A stretch of DNA of 63,222 nucleotides, filler included, from Octopus bimaculoides (taxonomy: Eukaryota): NCBI RefSeq assembly GCF_001194135.2. It is 6 parts of 6 records of this genome, joined end to end, with 100 filler letters (N's around TTAATTAATTAA, not from the genome) between each part and the next. Parts side by side here need not be neighbours in the genome. Positions count along the whole stretch, not along the records: positions 38,610 to 54,264 come from NC_068985.1; 5 more parts are not named here. One strand, written 5' to 3'. The notes beneath the pieces were generated by a model. It made no database searches. It worked only from the letters and a program-made list of their open reading frames with translations, and was not told the DNA's origin. Below are positions 38,661 through 50,550 of this stretch, piece by piece (the first letter of the stretch is position 1; each line of letters starts with the position of its first letter). The translations under genes were made by a program, and so were the position numbers.

Positions 38661-40775
38661 AAGCGATTTCGTTTGATGTGAGGACTTGAACTCCGTACCT
38701 TAAGATAATAAAACACTCGTAAATCATGCAATGCACCCTCTGCTTACAGCGTACATCATCTTTATCTAGCTCTATATCTTTTAGAAACAGCATTTCAAAT
38801 CTCCCTCAAATAACACCTTGCTACCTTTAAAAATTAACGACATATCGGATAATGTTATATTGTTAAAGTAACAAAAAAAAAATGGCGAGATTATTCCGTT
38901 TTTGAAGGCCTTTAATCACAAGTCAACTTAATCAATGCTGAATATACAACGGCAGAAGCAACAACAATAACAGCAACAATGATCGCAACAACAAATATCT
39001 CCTTGAAACATGAAGAGATCTTTAAAGTGAGCCTCTCCATTTTAATAGCTTAATTTACAGGCTATTGACCTCTCAAGTGTCTCTCGCGTAACATTTTCAG
39101 ATAACTTGGCATTTATTCTTTAAAAAATAGCTGAACTGCAATGATGGAATTCAATATGCCGCTTTAATATACGATGGAATGCACCGGCTAACGAAAGAGA
39201 TTCTACATGGTGGGATGATCGGCTAGAATTGGCAGCTAGATCTTCCTCAAATCACACCCCACAATCGCTTTTAAAGAACGCATTGTACACGATATCTCAT
39301 GTTTTTTTTTTCTGTAAATTGCAAATAAAATGTGTCCCATCTTTATGAGACCCTGTATATATAAAAAAAAAACTTCTGTGTCCAGTTGAAAACAGACGAC
39401 ATGGACGAGACTGGAACGCCTTGGTTATAGGTCTGCTCGATAAGAACTAACTTTGGGTGAAAGAAGAATAAAGAAATAAGCACAAAAATGAGGGTGCTTA
39501 TGCAGTTACTTTATCAACTGAAAACATCAGTCAAACGAACTTCAAATCACAACTTATTGCCTGCAGATATCTCTAAAGGGGTTATGTGCACACGATAACA
39601 GATCAAATCGTGCGTTAGGCCACAGTTAACATTTACGTTTTCCGAGAGTAATTACAAGTGTTGATAAAGAAATATAGTGATTCTATCTAAAATTCGCAAC
39701 TGGTTGAAAAGGCAGCCTTTAAATAAAATTAAATTAACAAAATATACTCCATTGTAATATTTTCTCAATCGTACTTTCTTTAGAAGGCCACACTTAGTAC
39801 TTCAGACGGCTGCACTGAGTACATCAAAACGATGCAATTAGTTCTTCAGAGAGCTGCAAAATAGCCATGTCTGGTCTAAAATCACAATAATATTAAAATA
39901 TCAACTTGATTGAGAATCATAGTCACACATTTCAGGTAAATTATATTTTCCAGTTATAGAATTTGAGATATTACTAATTCGGGAACTGGGCTTACTGACC
40001 AGGAATCTGGCTTCTTTCATGACCTGCCTTACCAAAATAACAGCTGAGGCTCGTTAGGGTACACATGGTTGTTTCAGTATTTCAACCTCGTAAACATTCG
40101 CAGAACTACTGTGAATGTCTTGGGTTGTTTGTGTTGATAAAGGAAAATATTCTTAATCGCTTTTACCTTTTATTCGAGAGAAAAGGCAGTGTCCATAACT
40201 TACTACACAGTCTTCGAGACTAAAGAAAATAGGTAAGAAGGTATCCTTAAACTCGGGACCTGACCCGAATGCTTGTAACAGAGAGGAATCCACTAAGGGA
40301 GCCAAATGTGCCAGGTGATGGTGCTAAAACCTGCGACGTATTTAGTTTAGCACCCAGGACCATAGAGGAATTCGAACGCGGAACAAATATCACAAGGCAT
40401 CCGATCTGATATTCGAATGCTTCACCAATCCACCGCATTGGATTGATACATTTTCATCGGCCTGACTGTTTGAAAGTCAAAAACTGACCTCAGTGGGATT
40501 CGAAATCGGAGTGTATTGAATCAAAACAAATATCACGAGCTATTTAATCCGACACTGAGACGACTTTGATACTACGCCACCCACGCCTTAATTGCATTTT
40601 AATATAAATCATATCAATGTAAAAGTAACAACTTGATCTAAAATCATGCCACTGGTTTCAATATAATACTGTGCAATGTAAAAACGAGCAACATAATCCC
40701 AATACAGTAGAAATATTGTGTTTTAGTATAAAATTACAATGCTGTGAAATAAAATCTTAATATCAAATTTCTGTA

Positions 40776-41220
40776 AGGCGGAACTGGCAGAATTGTTAGC
40801 ACTCCGAGCTGGCAGAAACGTTAGCGCGCCGGACGAAATGCTTGGCAGTATTTCGTCTGCCGTTACGTTCTCAGTTCAAATTCCGCCGAGGTCGACTTTG
40901 CCTTTCATCCTTTGAGGGTCGATAAATTAAGTACCAGTTACGCACCGGGGTCGATGTAATCAACTTAATCCGCTTGTCTGTCCTCGTTTGTCCCCTCTGT
41001 TTAGCCCCTTGTGGGCGATAAACAAATAAGAGTTGTTAGCACTCAGAGCAGAATGTTTAGCGGCATTTCGTCCGTCTTTACGGTCTGAGTTCAAATTCCG
41101 CTGAGGTCGACTTTGCCTTTCATCTTTTCAAGATCGGTAAAATAAGTACCCGTTGAGCTCTGGGTCGATGTAATCGACTTACTCCCTCCCTGAAATTGCT
41201 GGCCTTGTGCTAAAATTAGT
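40776..41220 (+). mobile_element. SINE C1 copy interrupted by a SINE C2 copy (40805-41032) with 12-bp TSD
   Basis: ttgttagcactc at 40793-40804 and 41033-41044; the host resumes after the insert. Confidence 0.88.
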
Positions 41221-41287
41221 GAAGTTTATGCTCACGACTCGGTAACTAGCGGAGACATCGATATTTTCAGCCTTTAACACAAAACTA

Positions 41288-41414
41288 CAGGGTGTCCACA
41301 AAGTCTGGGTACATGGAGTAAATAAAATCATAACATAAACAATTAAATATAAGAATTAATAATTTCTTAAAGTATATGTTAATCCCCATCTACCCAGACT
41401 TTGTGGATACCCTG
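41288..41414. mobile_element. Tc1/mariner-type MITE, 127 bp, TA TSD
   Basis: ta|cagggtgtccacaaagtctgggta ... tacccagactttgtggataccctg|ta (23/24 TIR match). Confidence 0.92.
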
Positions 41415-41544
41415 TATACTGCCGCCCGCTTTTGCGTCTTACAAATATGATAGTTGTCTCCCGTGGTCCGAGAAAGACGGGTCTGTTATTTCTTGTACAA
41501 CCTGTAAAAATGATTTGCTAATAACACTCAAATGTATGTACTGT

Positions 41545-41732
41545 ACATTGGCTCACTGCCTCCATCAAATCAGCGTTGCCTGAACAGGTGCACGGTGTCG
41601 AAAGGATAGCATAGCAACGTAGGATTAAGTGTTTTGCTCAAGAACACAACGCACCTCTCGGTCCATGAATTAAAACCATGACCTCGCGATCGTGAGTGCA
41701 ACACCCTAACCACTAGGCCATGCGCTTTCACC
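41545..41732 (-). mobile_element. SINE with D-type head
   Basis: gtgttttgctcaagaacacaacgcac...accctaaccactaggccatgcgc. Confidence 0.75.
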
Positions 41733-43272
41733 TTTCAAGTATATCGCCAAACGAATTCGCAACCGCTAAAGCGTATTCGCGTGTTCGAAGGATTAAGGGT
41801 GCTTCTTATATTACAATATTTTCTTTTTAACTCAAGTTTGTCCTGATAGACGAAAAATGAAGAGGTTTTATTCTGTAGTAACGCCGTGCGCATGCGTAGT
41901 CTCACGCATGCGTGGAATTCAACATACCAAGCTTTCCCGCTTTGATCTGTCTCTTTCTTGCTGGCCAGCGATTGAGCATGGACGTGTTTAGCTGTCTCTC
42001 TCCATCTTTCGAACTTACGCTAGACGGCTCGCTTACATCTACATACCAACGTCCCAACAACCATGCTCACACACACAGAAGCTGTAACAACAAACAAGAG
42101 CTAAAGATGTATATATATTAACCACCTTAAATAAATGTTGTTATGTTGATAGTCTGGAGTTCAGCGTTCCGTTAATTCTTAATTTTATATAGGAAAGTCA
42201 GGTATACATCTAATGATGTATAACCCACTTTCCTATAATTCTTTTATTCTTAAAGCCGCCAAAACCTGAAGTAATAACGAATGAGAGGTGCTCAACAAAT
42301 CTAGTGTAACAAATTTTAAAAAATAATTAATTTTGAAACCACGCGCAGAAGTTAAATACAACACCCACATATACTCGAAACACAAAACGCAACACACAAA
42401 AAAGGAAATAGAAATGAATACAAAGAGAAAATATTAACCACCTAAAACCACAATAATCAATGGACAAAAAGTCAGTATTTCGAATTTATAAAGAAGTAAG
42501 TTGTCTTGCTGCCTCAACCCCGTCATATCCAACGACAGAAAAAGAAAAAAAAAGTAAAACCTCAACGTGTTACTAGTTAGAGGTGTTGTCAACTGTCTAA
42601 AAGAAGAAAATTTAAAAAATATATAAACACAACCTGTATATTGAAATGAAATCGATATTTCAAGCACATGAACTTTCTCAGACACGTGAGGAGTTGAGTT
42701 GAAAATGGCGAAAGTGGATCGATTAACGACAGAAGATAGATACAATGTATTTATTGTAAATAAATGTCAGATAGGCTGAGTTAGTTGTTGAAGACAATTT
42801 GCAGCTGTCCCTGTCATTGTCTTTTGTCGTCGCTTCCGTCGTTATTGTTGCTACCACCGCCGCCGCCGTTGTTGTTGTTGTTGTTATTCTTTAAGTCCAC
42901 GTCAGCCAATTTCCAACAGACTTATGATACGTAGAAAAATCACTCAAATGAGTAGACGTAATCCAAAATTCTTGTCACCCTAACAAGCCATTTTGCAACC
43001 TTCTAAGTTTACATTGTGGATGCACCCCTGCGGCGTGCAGTGATTGATTGGTAGTTCTATGAGATGCAGCATTGCAATTTGGTTGGGTATGTTGCATTTT
43101 TGTCACGGTGTGTCCTTCTATACAAATTTAACCCGAGTCTTGGCTCAACTCGAAGAAGTGGTAGAAGAGACATGATCCAAGTACTTCAAAGTGGGATCGA
43201 ACACGAGGCCTCGTCATTGTGAAATAAACATTTTAACCATTTATATATATGTTCTTGAAAACATTCGTACGA

Positions 43273-43375
43273 GGAGGCGCAATGGCCCGGTGGTTAGGGC
43301 AGCGGACTCGCGGTCGGAGGATCGCGGTTTCGATTCCCAGATTGGGCCTTGTGTGTGTTTATTGAGAGAAAACTC
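43273..43375 (+). mobile_element. SINE B head, 3'-truncated
   Basis: ggaggcgcaatggcccggtggttagggcagcggactcgcggtcggaggatcgcggtttcgattccc, nearly identical to the reverse complement of 19025-19090. Confidence 0.85.
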
Positions 43376-43564
43376 CAAGAGTGACCAGTCGAGGTTGCAA
43401 GGATGGTCTGGATCTCGACTGCGCAGAGGGAGCTCTGAGTTACCTGTCCGTGTTTTCTTTGTGTCGTCTGTCTGGATGTTTTGTCCCTTTCTTGTGTCGC
43501 CTGGCTGTCTTGATGTTTTGCGTTCTTGTCCTATTATATGTATAGAGAGAGGGATGTGTAGAGG

Positions 43565-43815
43565 CGGGGCCGTAGGTTAGTAGTTAAGGTGTTACTCTCC
43601 TTACTGTGGTTTCGATTCCTGGACCGTGCGATGCGTTGTGTTCTTGAGCAAAAAAATTAAAAAATTTTCATTTCACGCTGCTCCAACTCACTCAGCAAAA
43701 CTGAGTAATCCTGCAACAAACCGGTGTCCCATCCAAGGGTGGGATGCGGACATGTACGCCGCAGAATCCGAGAAATCAATCTTATGAGCCCATGGCACGG
43801 GAAGGACCTTTGATC
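43565..43815 (+). mobile_element. SINE with D-type head
   Basis: ggtttcgattcctggaccgtgcgatgcgttgtgttcttgagcaaaa...ttcacgctgctccaactcactcagc. Confidence 0.7.
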
Positions 43816-43924
43816 ATTTACACACACACACACATACACACACCCCAAAATAAATGTACACACACTTTAAATGCTGATGAATAGAAATAATGAAGGTAGC
43901 CATACTAAGCTTTGAACACAGGAA

Positions 43925-44725
43925 ATTTAACTGAAAGCATCACTGGAAGTTTGAAAACGTGGTCGAAGTACAAAGAGAGTTTGTAGGTGGGGGGAGCTTC
44001 AACCAGATCTGCCTATGAGAATTTCTATAACTCGAATTAGAACTAAATTTGAAGAAGATAGACCTGTTTAGAATGTCCACAAGAAACGTCCCAGAAGACT
44101 ACGAACATCGACGATCCCCACAAAGCAAGAAAGAGCACTAGCCACGCATTGCAAGAGTTGGAAGAAAATCTATGCGACAAGTAAGTCGTGAGATAAGAAT
44201 TTCAAATCAGTTTGCATTTTGAAGAACTGTCATCAGAAAAATTACATTCTAAGAATAGTCTATATTCTTAATGATGATTCAGACCAAAGAGTAGAGTTCT
44301 GCGAGTGGTGCTTGGTAAGTTGTGTAGAAGATTGTTTAATGTAATGAGGTCATTTTAAATTAAATAAATTAATTAAATAACTCAATTAATCACCACAATT
44401 GCACCAACTGGGGGCCTGTGAATCTACATATTACGAAGGAAAATCATGTGAATTTGCCAAGAATTACAATATGGAATGGCTTGTCATCAAAAGCATTAAT
44501 TGGGCCATTCTTTTTTGACGGTATTTTGACTAATACTATTTACCTGAACTTGCTGCGACGATCAGCCATGCCAAGCATTCAAAAGTATTTTTAAGATGTA
44601 GAGTCTTATTTCCAGCAAGCAGAATCACAAACACGCCATTATATTAATGTAGGGCTTATCTAGAGGAGATTTTGGACAGACCGATAGATTGAACGAAGAG
44701 ATTGAGTGAAATACCTTCTACATTC
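43925..44725 (+). mobile_element. Tc1/mariner-superfamily transposase relic, rosa/DD41D-like
   Basis: Degraded [83 protein letters not shown], a VKYP-like end; many stops and frameshifts. Confidence 0.75.
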
Positions 44726-44745
44726 ACAGTGCCTCACACCAATAG

Positions 44746-44802
<57 letters not shown>

Positions 44803-46179
44803 CGGGCTCTAGAACTCATAAATCTAATTACTAGGTTTCCGTGGTGCATAAAGTAACAGAGATCACAAAATCTGCCCTGATCGGGACTCCGGTCTGTTAT
44901 AAGAATCAAGGCATGCAATTTGAGTGGGAGGAGTAAATTGGTTGCATCGACTCCAATATTTTACTGGTACTTTAGTTTATCAACCCCAAATGAATGAAAG
45001 GCATGATGGATGAGTTTAGCAAAAAAATTTAGATTCAGATGAATATGGTACTTACGTTGAGGCACCAGAATTTAGTACGGTATTATCCATACAATTTCAA
45101 AGTAAGGTGATTAAGATCAAAATAAGCAACAAGGTTATCCAGAGATAATGCCATAAACTTTATCTGAATAGCCATAAACTTTATCTGTATACAATATATC
45201 AACATTGTTTTAAAACATTTAACTATAGTACTACATAAGACTTCCCTTGTTTCATTATCAATGGTCTGCTAGTGGGCGACCCCACTTAGTTGTCAGCCAA
45301 CATTTTGTTTTAAGTTTTCCTTTACCAAACCTCATGATTTTTATGATTATATCAACTATGATTTCTGTCTGCTCTTTCAACCCTTCCCCTAACAGATAAT
45401 GCCCTTTAATTTCTCAGCCTTAGATATACAAAGTTTGATAAACTAGTCTACAAATTAAAACTGACCTCATAAAAAAAACAAATAAAATCAGTGACAGGCA
45501 GAGGCTTCTTGACAATTTATTTATTAACTTCTATGTTGTAGTGGAGACAACATGTTCTTTGTCTACTTAACTGGTTGGAGATTTTAGGTATTATTATACT
45601 AATGTATCCATCTGTTCTAATTTAATTAAATTCTATGTCTTTGTGCAGCTGATGATTGCTCTGCATTTTAAATTGATGTAATGATTACATTGTTCATTTA
45701 AATGGAGTTGCATGAAACGATCGTACTGCATTACCTCTGGATATCCTTGCTGCTTATTTTGATATATATNNNNNNNNNNNNNNNNNNNNNNNNNNNNNNN
45801 NNNNNNNNNNNNNNNNNNNNNNNNNNNNNNNNNNNNNNNNNNNNNNNNNNTATATATATATATAAAGAGAGAGAGAGAGAGAGAGAGAGGTATCTTATAT
45901 GTGTGAGAGTATGTACGTATGTATATATATAGATATTCATATGTTTGCATGTATGCATATATATGTATGTACGTGTATNNNNNNNNNNNNNNNNNNNNNN
46001 NNNNNNNNNNNNNNNNNNNNNNNNNNNNNNNNNNNNNNNNNNNNNNNNNNNNNNNNNNNNNNNNNNNNNNNNNNNNNNGTATATATGATCATTGGCCACA
46101 GATATATATATATGATCGCTAGTCACAAATGGATTTTTTTCGTTTAACTTTACCTTACTTATGAGGAATACAGATTTTG

Positions 46180-46508
46180 AAACAGGGCGTTCTGTAGCTG
46201 AAAATTTGATAGAGGTGCGTTCATTTTGTCTATTCTTTCCCTCTATAAACTTGTATCCAGGTCCGGTTTCAAGCCAATTAGTCATGTTTTTGTTTTTCAA
46301 ATTGGGCCCGACGCCAAGAGAGGGCCTCGTGCACATGCTAGAGCGGATGACGCTATGATGTATTTTTAGTATATCGTTGTGGTTAATGGTGCAGCATGAA
46401 GCCCTCAACGCTTTGCGACTGTGACTGGTGTACTACGTGAAGCATGAAACATCAGTCTTCAACTTTTTCAAAGTAGAAGGCCTCATTGACTTCCTAGGGC
46501 CAGCCCTG
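46180..46508. mobile_element. Possible hAT-type non-autonomous relic
   Basis: Ends in ctagggccagccctg (CAGGGC-type terminus like 47796-47810), with gggccc/gggcct subterminal motifs; no TSD found. Confidence 0.35.
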
Positions 46509-46701
46509 CTTATGTCCTTCAAATAATTCTTCATTTTACTATTATTTCTGAAAAACATCTTTTTAAAAATACCTTCTTGCAGGCATGACTGTATGTTTAA
46601 GCAGTTCGCTTCGCACTTTGAGCAATTGGCTTCAACTATAACCTCAGGCCGACTAACGTATTGTGTGTGAATTTTGAAGACAGAAACTATACGGAAGTCT
46701 A

Positions 46702-47518
46702 AATTACGCAAAAATGAAAATAACACTGACATCCCATTTTAACATATATTTATCAAAGTTACATTAGAATATCTTGAAATACTAAAGAGTAAGTTCAATT
46801 AAATCGCAATTGGCTTCAACCACGGCCTCCAGACGACTTCGCAATCTCCTGCAACTCTTCTGGACAATCTCCTTGTTTATGTTAGTGAATGCTGCCATAA
46901 TCCTTGTCTGCAGTTCTTCTTTTAGTTATGTTGGTCTCTCGCTCAACTGCGCCCCACACATAATAAAGGGGGCTGCAGTCTGGGGAGCTAGGTGGCCAGA
47001 TGTTAGGAATGATGTGATCGCAGAAATTGTCTGACAGCCATGACTCGGTTCTCCTGCTTGTGTAGCATGGTGCAGAGTCCTGTTGCCAGACACAGGGTTT
47101 TCTAGCAGCCACCCTCTTGACTCACGGTAGCACTACCTCTTCCAGGCACTTGATGTAGGTCTCCGTGTTAAGTCTGAGGCCATGTGGGAGGATGAATGGA
47201 GGCATAACGTAGCCATCACTAGTGATCACTCCTAACACCATGATGTTGACTGGATGTTTTATTTCTATCACTCTCGGTACATGTTTTGGAGACAAGGCAA
47301 GCCAACGGTTGTTCTGTGTGTTCAGTATCTATTCGTGTTAGAGCTTCCGGCGCGAATGCCAAGCAGTATAGCATGTTGTTTCCAAATTTCTGGCAGAGTG
47401 AACTGCGTCATAATACTGTTTTCCTCACATACTGCGCCCAACTGACCCTACTGTACAGTGTAGTCGACAAAATCAGAACAATGAGCATGCTCGAAATTAA
47501 AAATTTTAAATGGCGACA
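46702..47518 (-). mobile_element. maT/DD37D transposon, internally deleted, copy 1
   Basis: KHPVNIMV, WQQDSAPC..WPPSSPDCSPL.YYVWGAVE; spacing consistent with DD37D; similar to 54365-55176. Confidence 0.88.
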
Positions 47519-47810
47519 CTTCGGGATGCCTTTATCTCTACTAAGTATGGATGCAGATGTGTTGTCTAAGATTAATTTTGAAGATCTGATCAAAGACTTT
47601 GCGATTCAAAAAGTAGGAGGAAACTTTTCAAATATATGTAAAGTATACAAAAATAAACATTATTTTCCCTCTTACTGTTTTGTTTCGTTTTGAAAAATCA
47701 AAATTATTTTATGGTTTGTTATTGTTTATATTCTGAATTACATAATCTTTTATGGGGGCACCAAAATCTTTTATGTGCTTAGGGCCTCGATGGGTCTTAA
47801 TCCGGCCCTG
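47519..47810 (+). mobile_element. hAT (Tip100/ZMYM-like) 3' end: dimerisation-domain tail + right TIR
   Basis: LSLLSMDADVLSKINFEDLIKDFAIQK; terminus cttaatccggccctg. Confidence 0.8.
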
Positions 47811-48633
47811 GGGCTGTATTTCATTCATTCCTGAGCCCTACAATTCCAATATACCTAAACTTAATAAATATATGACCCTAATCTATTTACTTATTTATTA
47901 TATTTACCTATGACTTATTTTTGATTTATCGTTTTAAATTTTTATTTTAATCCCTCGGTTCCCAATGAGCATACAACCCTCATTAACACCACAATTTATT
48001 AAATTTTAAATTCTATATTTTAATATTATTGGTATCTATTTCTAGCACCACTATAACCATGAGAGTCCTAAATCTCCCCTCACTTCCATTCTTATCAGGT
48101 TCCCTTTAGGTTGAGATGTTCATTATCTTTTACAACCACTTTATTATCACTTTACTATCACTACCCCCACGCTCTCCCATTTTCGCTAAATCTTGCCCGC
48201 CATGGTGGACATTTGACATCATCTGACGTCTGCCGTTCTTCATCTCTATCTATCTATCTATCTGTCTTTATACCCACTAACCTCTCTCGACTACCATACT
48301 CTCACCATTTTGACTAGTATACATCTACTCTACGACATCCACTTGTCTGTCTTTTCTTCTGACTATACTATAATATTCCTATGCGGTCCTCATTCATTCT
48401 CTGTTCAAAACTGGAATTGGTAACCTCCACTATTCCTCGCCGTAGATCATCATCGAACATTCTCACCTGAAGCTACGACTGGACATTACCTATAACTGTA
48501 TTTTTCATTTGATCATGGATCCACCTTATACATTCCTATTTTATTCTTATCATTCCCTCATTATTGAAAAACTGGAATGCACAAATATCCTCGATTGGGG
48601 ACTTTCCTTCGCTTTTACATCTCTCTTACTTCT

Positions 48634-48725
48634 ACCTCTCTGATGACGGTATACTCAGCCTATGAAATCTTTACTCAATATGATGATCCACATGCTTGGC
48701 TATTCTAGAAACAGCTATAAGATGT
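48634..48725 (+). ncRNA. Degenerate type-I minimal hammerhead ribozyme motif (PLE-associated)
   Basis: acctct-CTGATGA-c-ggtata...tattct-a-GAAAC-agct-ATA-agatgt; stem I 5/6, stem II 5/6, palindromic stem III; cleavage triplet ATA rather than GTH. Confidence 0.45.
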
Positions 48726-50098
48726 TCTGTATTTCTATATTCGCTATCTAAATTAAATGTTTTTTTCAAGTGATGAAAAACGATTAACTTTTATTATTTT
48801 ACTTTAATCACCATATATATATACATAAGTATTTCATATTAATTCATTTGGTACTTATTGTTGGTTGAGATATATATATCTAATTATGTTCTACTTACGA
48901 TCTGACGATTAGCTATATTTTTGAATAGAATTTATTTTCGATAATTTCAATTGAGTTTAATCGATTTAAATTTCCTTTCTATTTGAAAATTAGTTATGAA
49001 ACACGTGTAATCATTTTATCATCTTTATCTTATGATATTTACTTTGTTTTATACTATACTCATTTATTGTGCTTTTAATTGTTAATTTTTCTATATGTGA
49101 TAGTGGATTTTCATCGATGAGTTCTTGAAACTTGGTTATTTTCCGTAAAACTATATACATGTATATATACAAGAATAAGGGCAGGGAATCCTCAATTAAT
49201 AATAGAATTAATAATTAACAATTTTGCCAAGTAGTTCAGTATGAAAAAACCTTTATCGGTAAAACCATTTATCATCATAAATATACAGGGATTAGCATTG
49301 AGTTGCTTCTCCAACATACTGAAAATTTAGAAATAGCAGTCAAAGNNNNNNNNNNNNNNNNNNNNNNNNNNNNNNNNNNNNNNNNNNNNNNNNNNNNNNN
49401 NNNNNNNNNNNNNNNNNNNNNNNNNNNNNNNNNNNNNNNNNNNNNNNNNNNNNNNNNNNNNNNNNNNNNNNNNNNNNNNNNNNNNNNNNNNNNNNNNNNN
49501 NNNNNNNNNNNNNNNNNNNNNNNNNNNNNNNNNNNNNNNNNNNNNNNNNNNNNNNNNNNNNNNNNNNNNNNNNNNNNNNNNNNNNNNNNNNNNNNNNNNN
49601 NNNNNNNNNNNNNNNNNNNNNNNNNNNNNNNNNNNNNNNNNNNNNNNNNNNNNNNNNNNNNNNNNNNNNNNNNNNNNNNNNNNNNNNNNNNNNNNNNNNN
49701 NNNNNNNNNNNNNNNNNNNNNNNNNNNNNNNNNNNNNNNNNNNNNNNNNNNNNNNNNNNNNNNNNNNNNNNNNNNNNNNNNNNNNNNNNNNNNNNNNNNN
49801 NNNNNNNNNNNNNNNNNNNNNNNNNNNNNNNNNNNNNNNNNNNNNNNNNNNNNNNNNNNNNNNNNNNNNNNNNNNNNNNNNNNNNNNNNNNNNNNNNNNN
49901 NNNNNNNNNNNNNNNNNNNNNNNNNNNNNNNNNNNNNNNNNNNNNNNNNNNNNNNNNNNNNNNNNNNNNNNNNNNNNNNNNNNNNNNNNNNNNNNNNNNN
50001 NNNNNNNNNNNNNNNNNNNNNNNNNNNNNNNNNNNNNNNNNNNNNNNNNNNNNNNNNNNNNNNNNNNNNNNNNNNNNNNNNNNNNNNNNNNNNNNNNN

Positions 50099-50147
<49 letters not shown>

Positions 50148-50319
50148 CGTGTGTGTGTGCATTTAAGTAAATCCGAAACAACTACATGACTAAGCATAAA
50201 TCCTTATTTGAGTTTATGTCAAATATTTGAACATGAAACACCGACACGTGTGAGTGTGTTTATATCAGGTGCACATAGGCACAAATAGAATTATTGTTGT
50301 ATGTATACAGTGTATACAT

Positions 50320-50498
50320 ACAGCAGGCGTGTGTGTGTCGTTAGAAAGCCTGCTTCCCAACCATGCAATCTTGGGTTCAGTCCCATTGCGCAGCGGCTTG
50401 GGCAAGTGATTTCTAGTATAGCCCCTGGCCGACTAAAACCTTGTGAGGGTATTTGGTTGATGGCCACTGAAAGAAACCTATCATACATACATACACAA

Positions 50499-50500
<2 letters not shown>
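50320..50500 (+). mobile_element. SINE family A head
   Basis: gcttcccaaccatgcaatcttgggttcagtcccattgcgcagcggcttgggcaagtg. Confidence 0.75.

Positions 50501-50550
<50 letters not shown>

Noticed and set aside
39770-39820. Candidate AG..GT micro-exons (also near 22998, 25868, 26340, 52085, 61915)
   Set aside because: Splice dinucleotides are present but no recognisable protein or consistent multi-exon frame; needs RNA-seq.
43273-43350. tRNA gene (also 19020-19090)
   Set aside because: A/B boxes are present but it continues into SINE body and lacks a clean acceptor stem; it is a SINE head.
45150-45187. 17-bp direct repeat gccataaactttatctg (similar short duplications near 8327 and 34036)
   Set aside because: Simple local duplications with no spacer array; not CRISPR-like.
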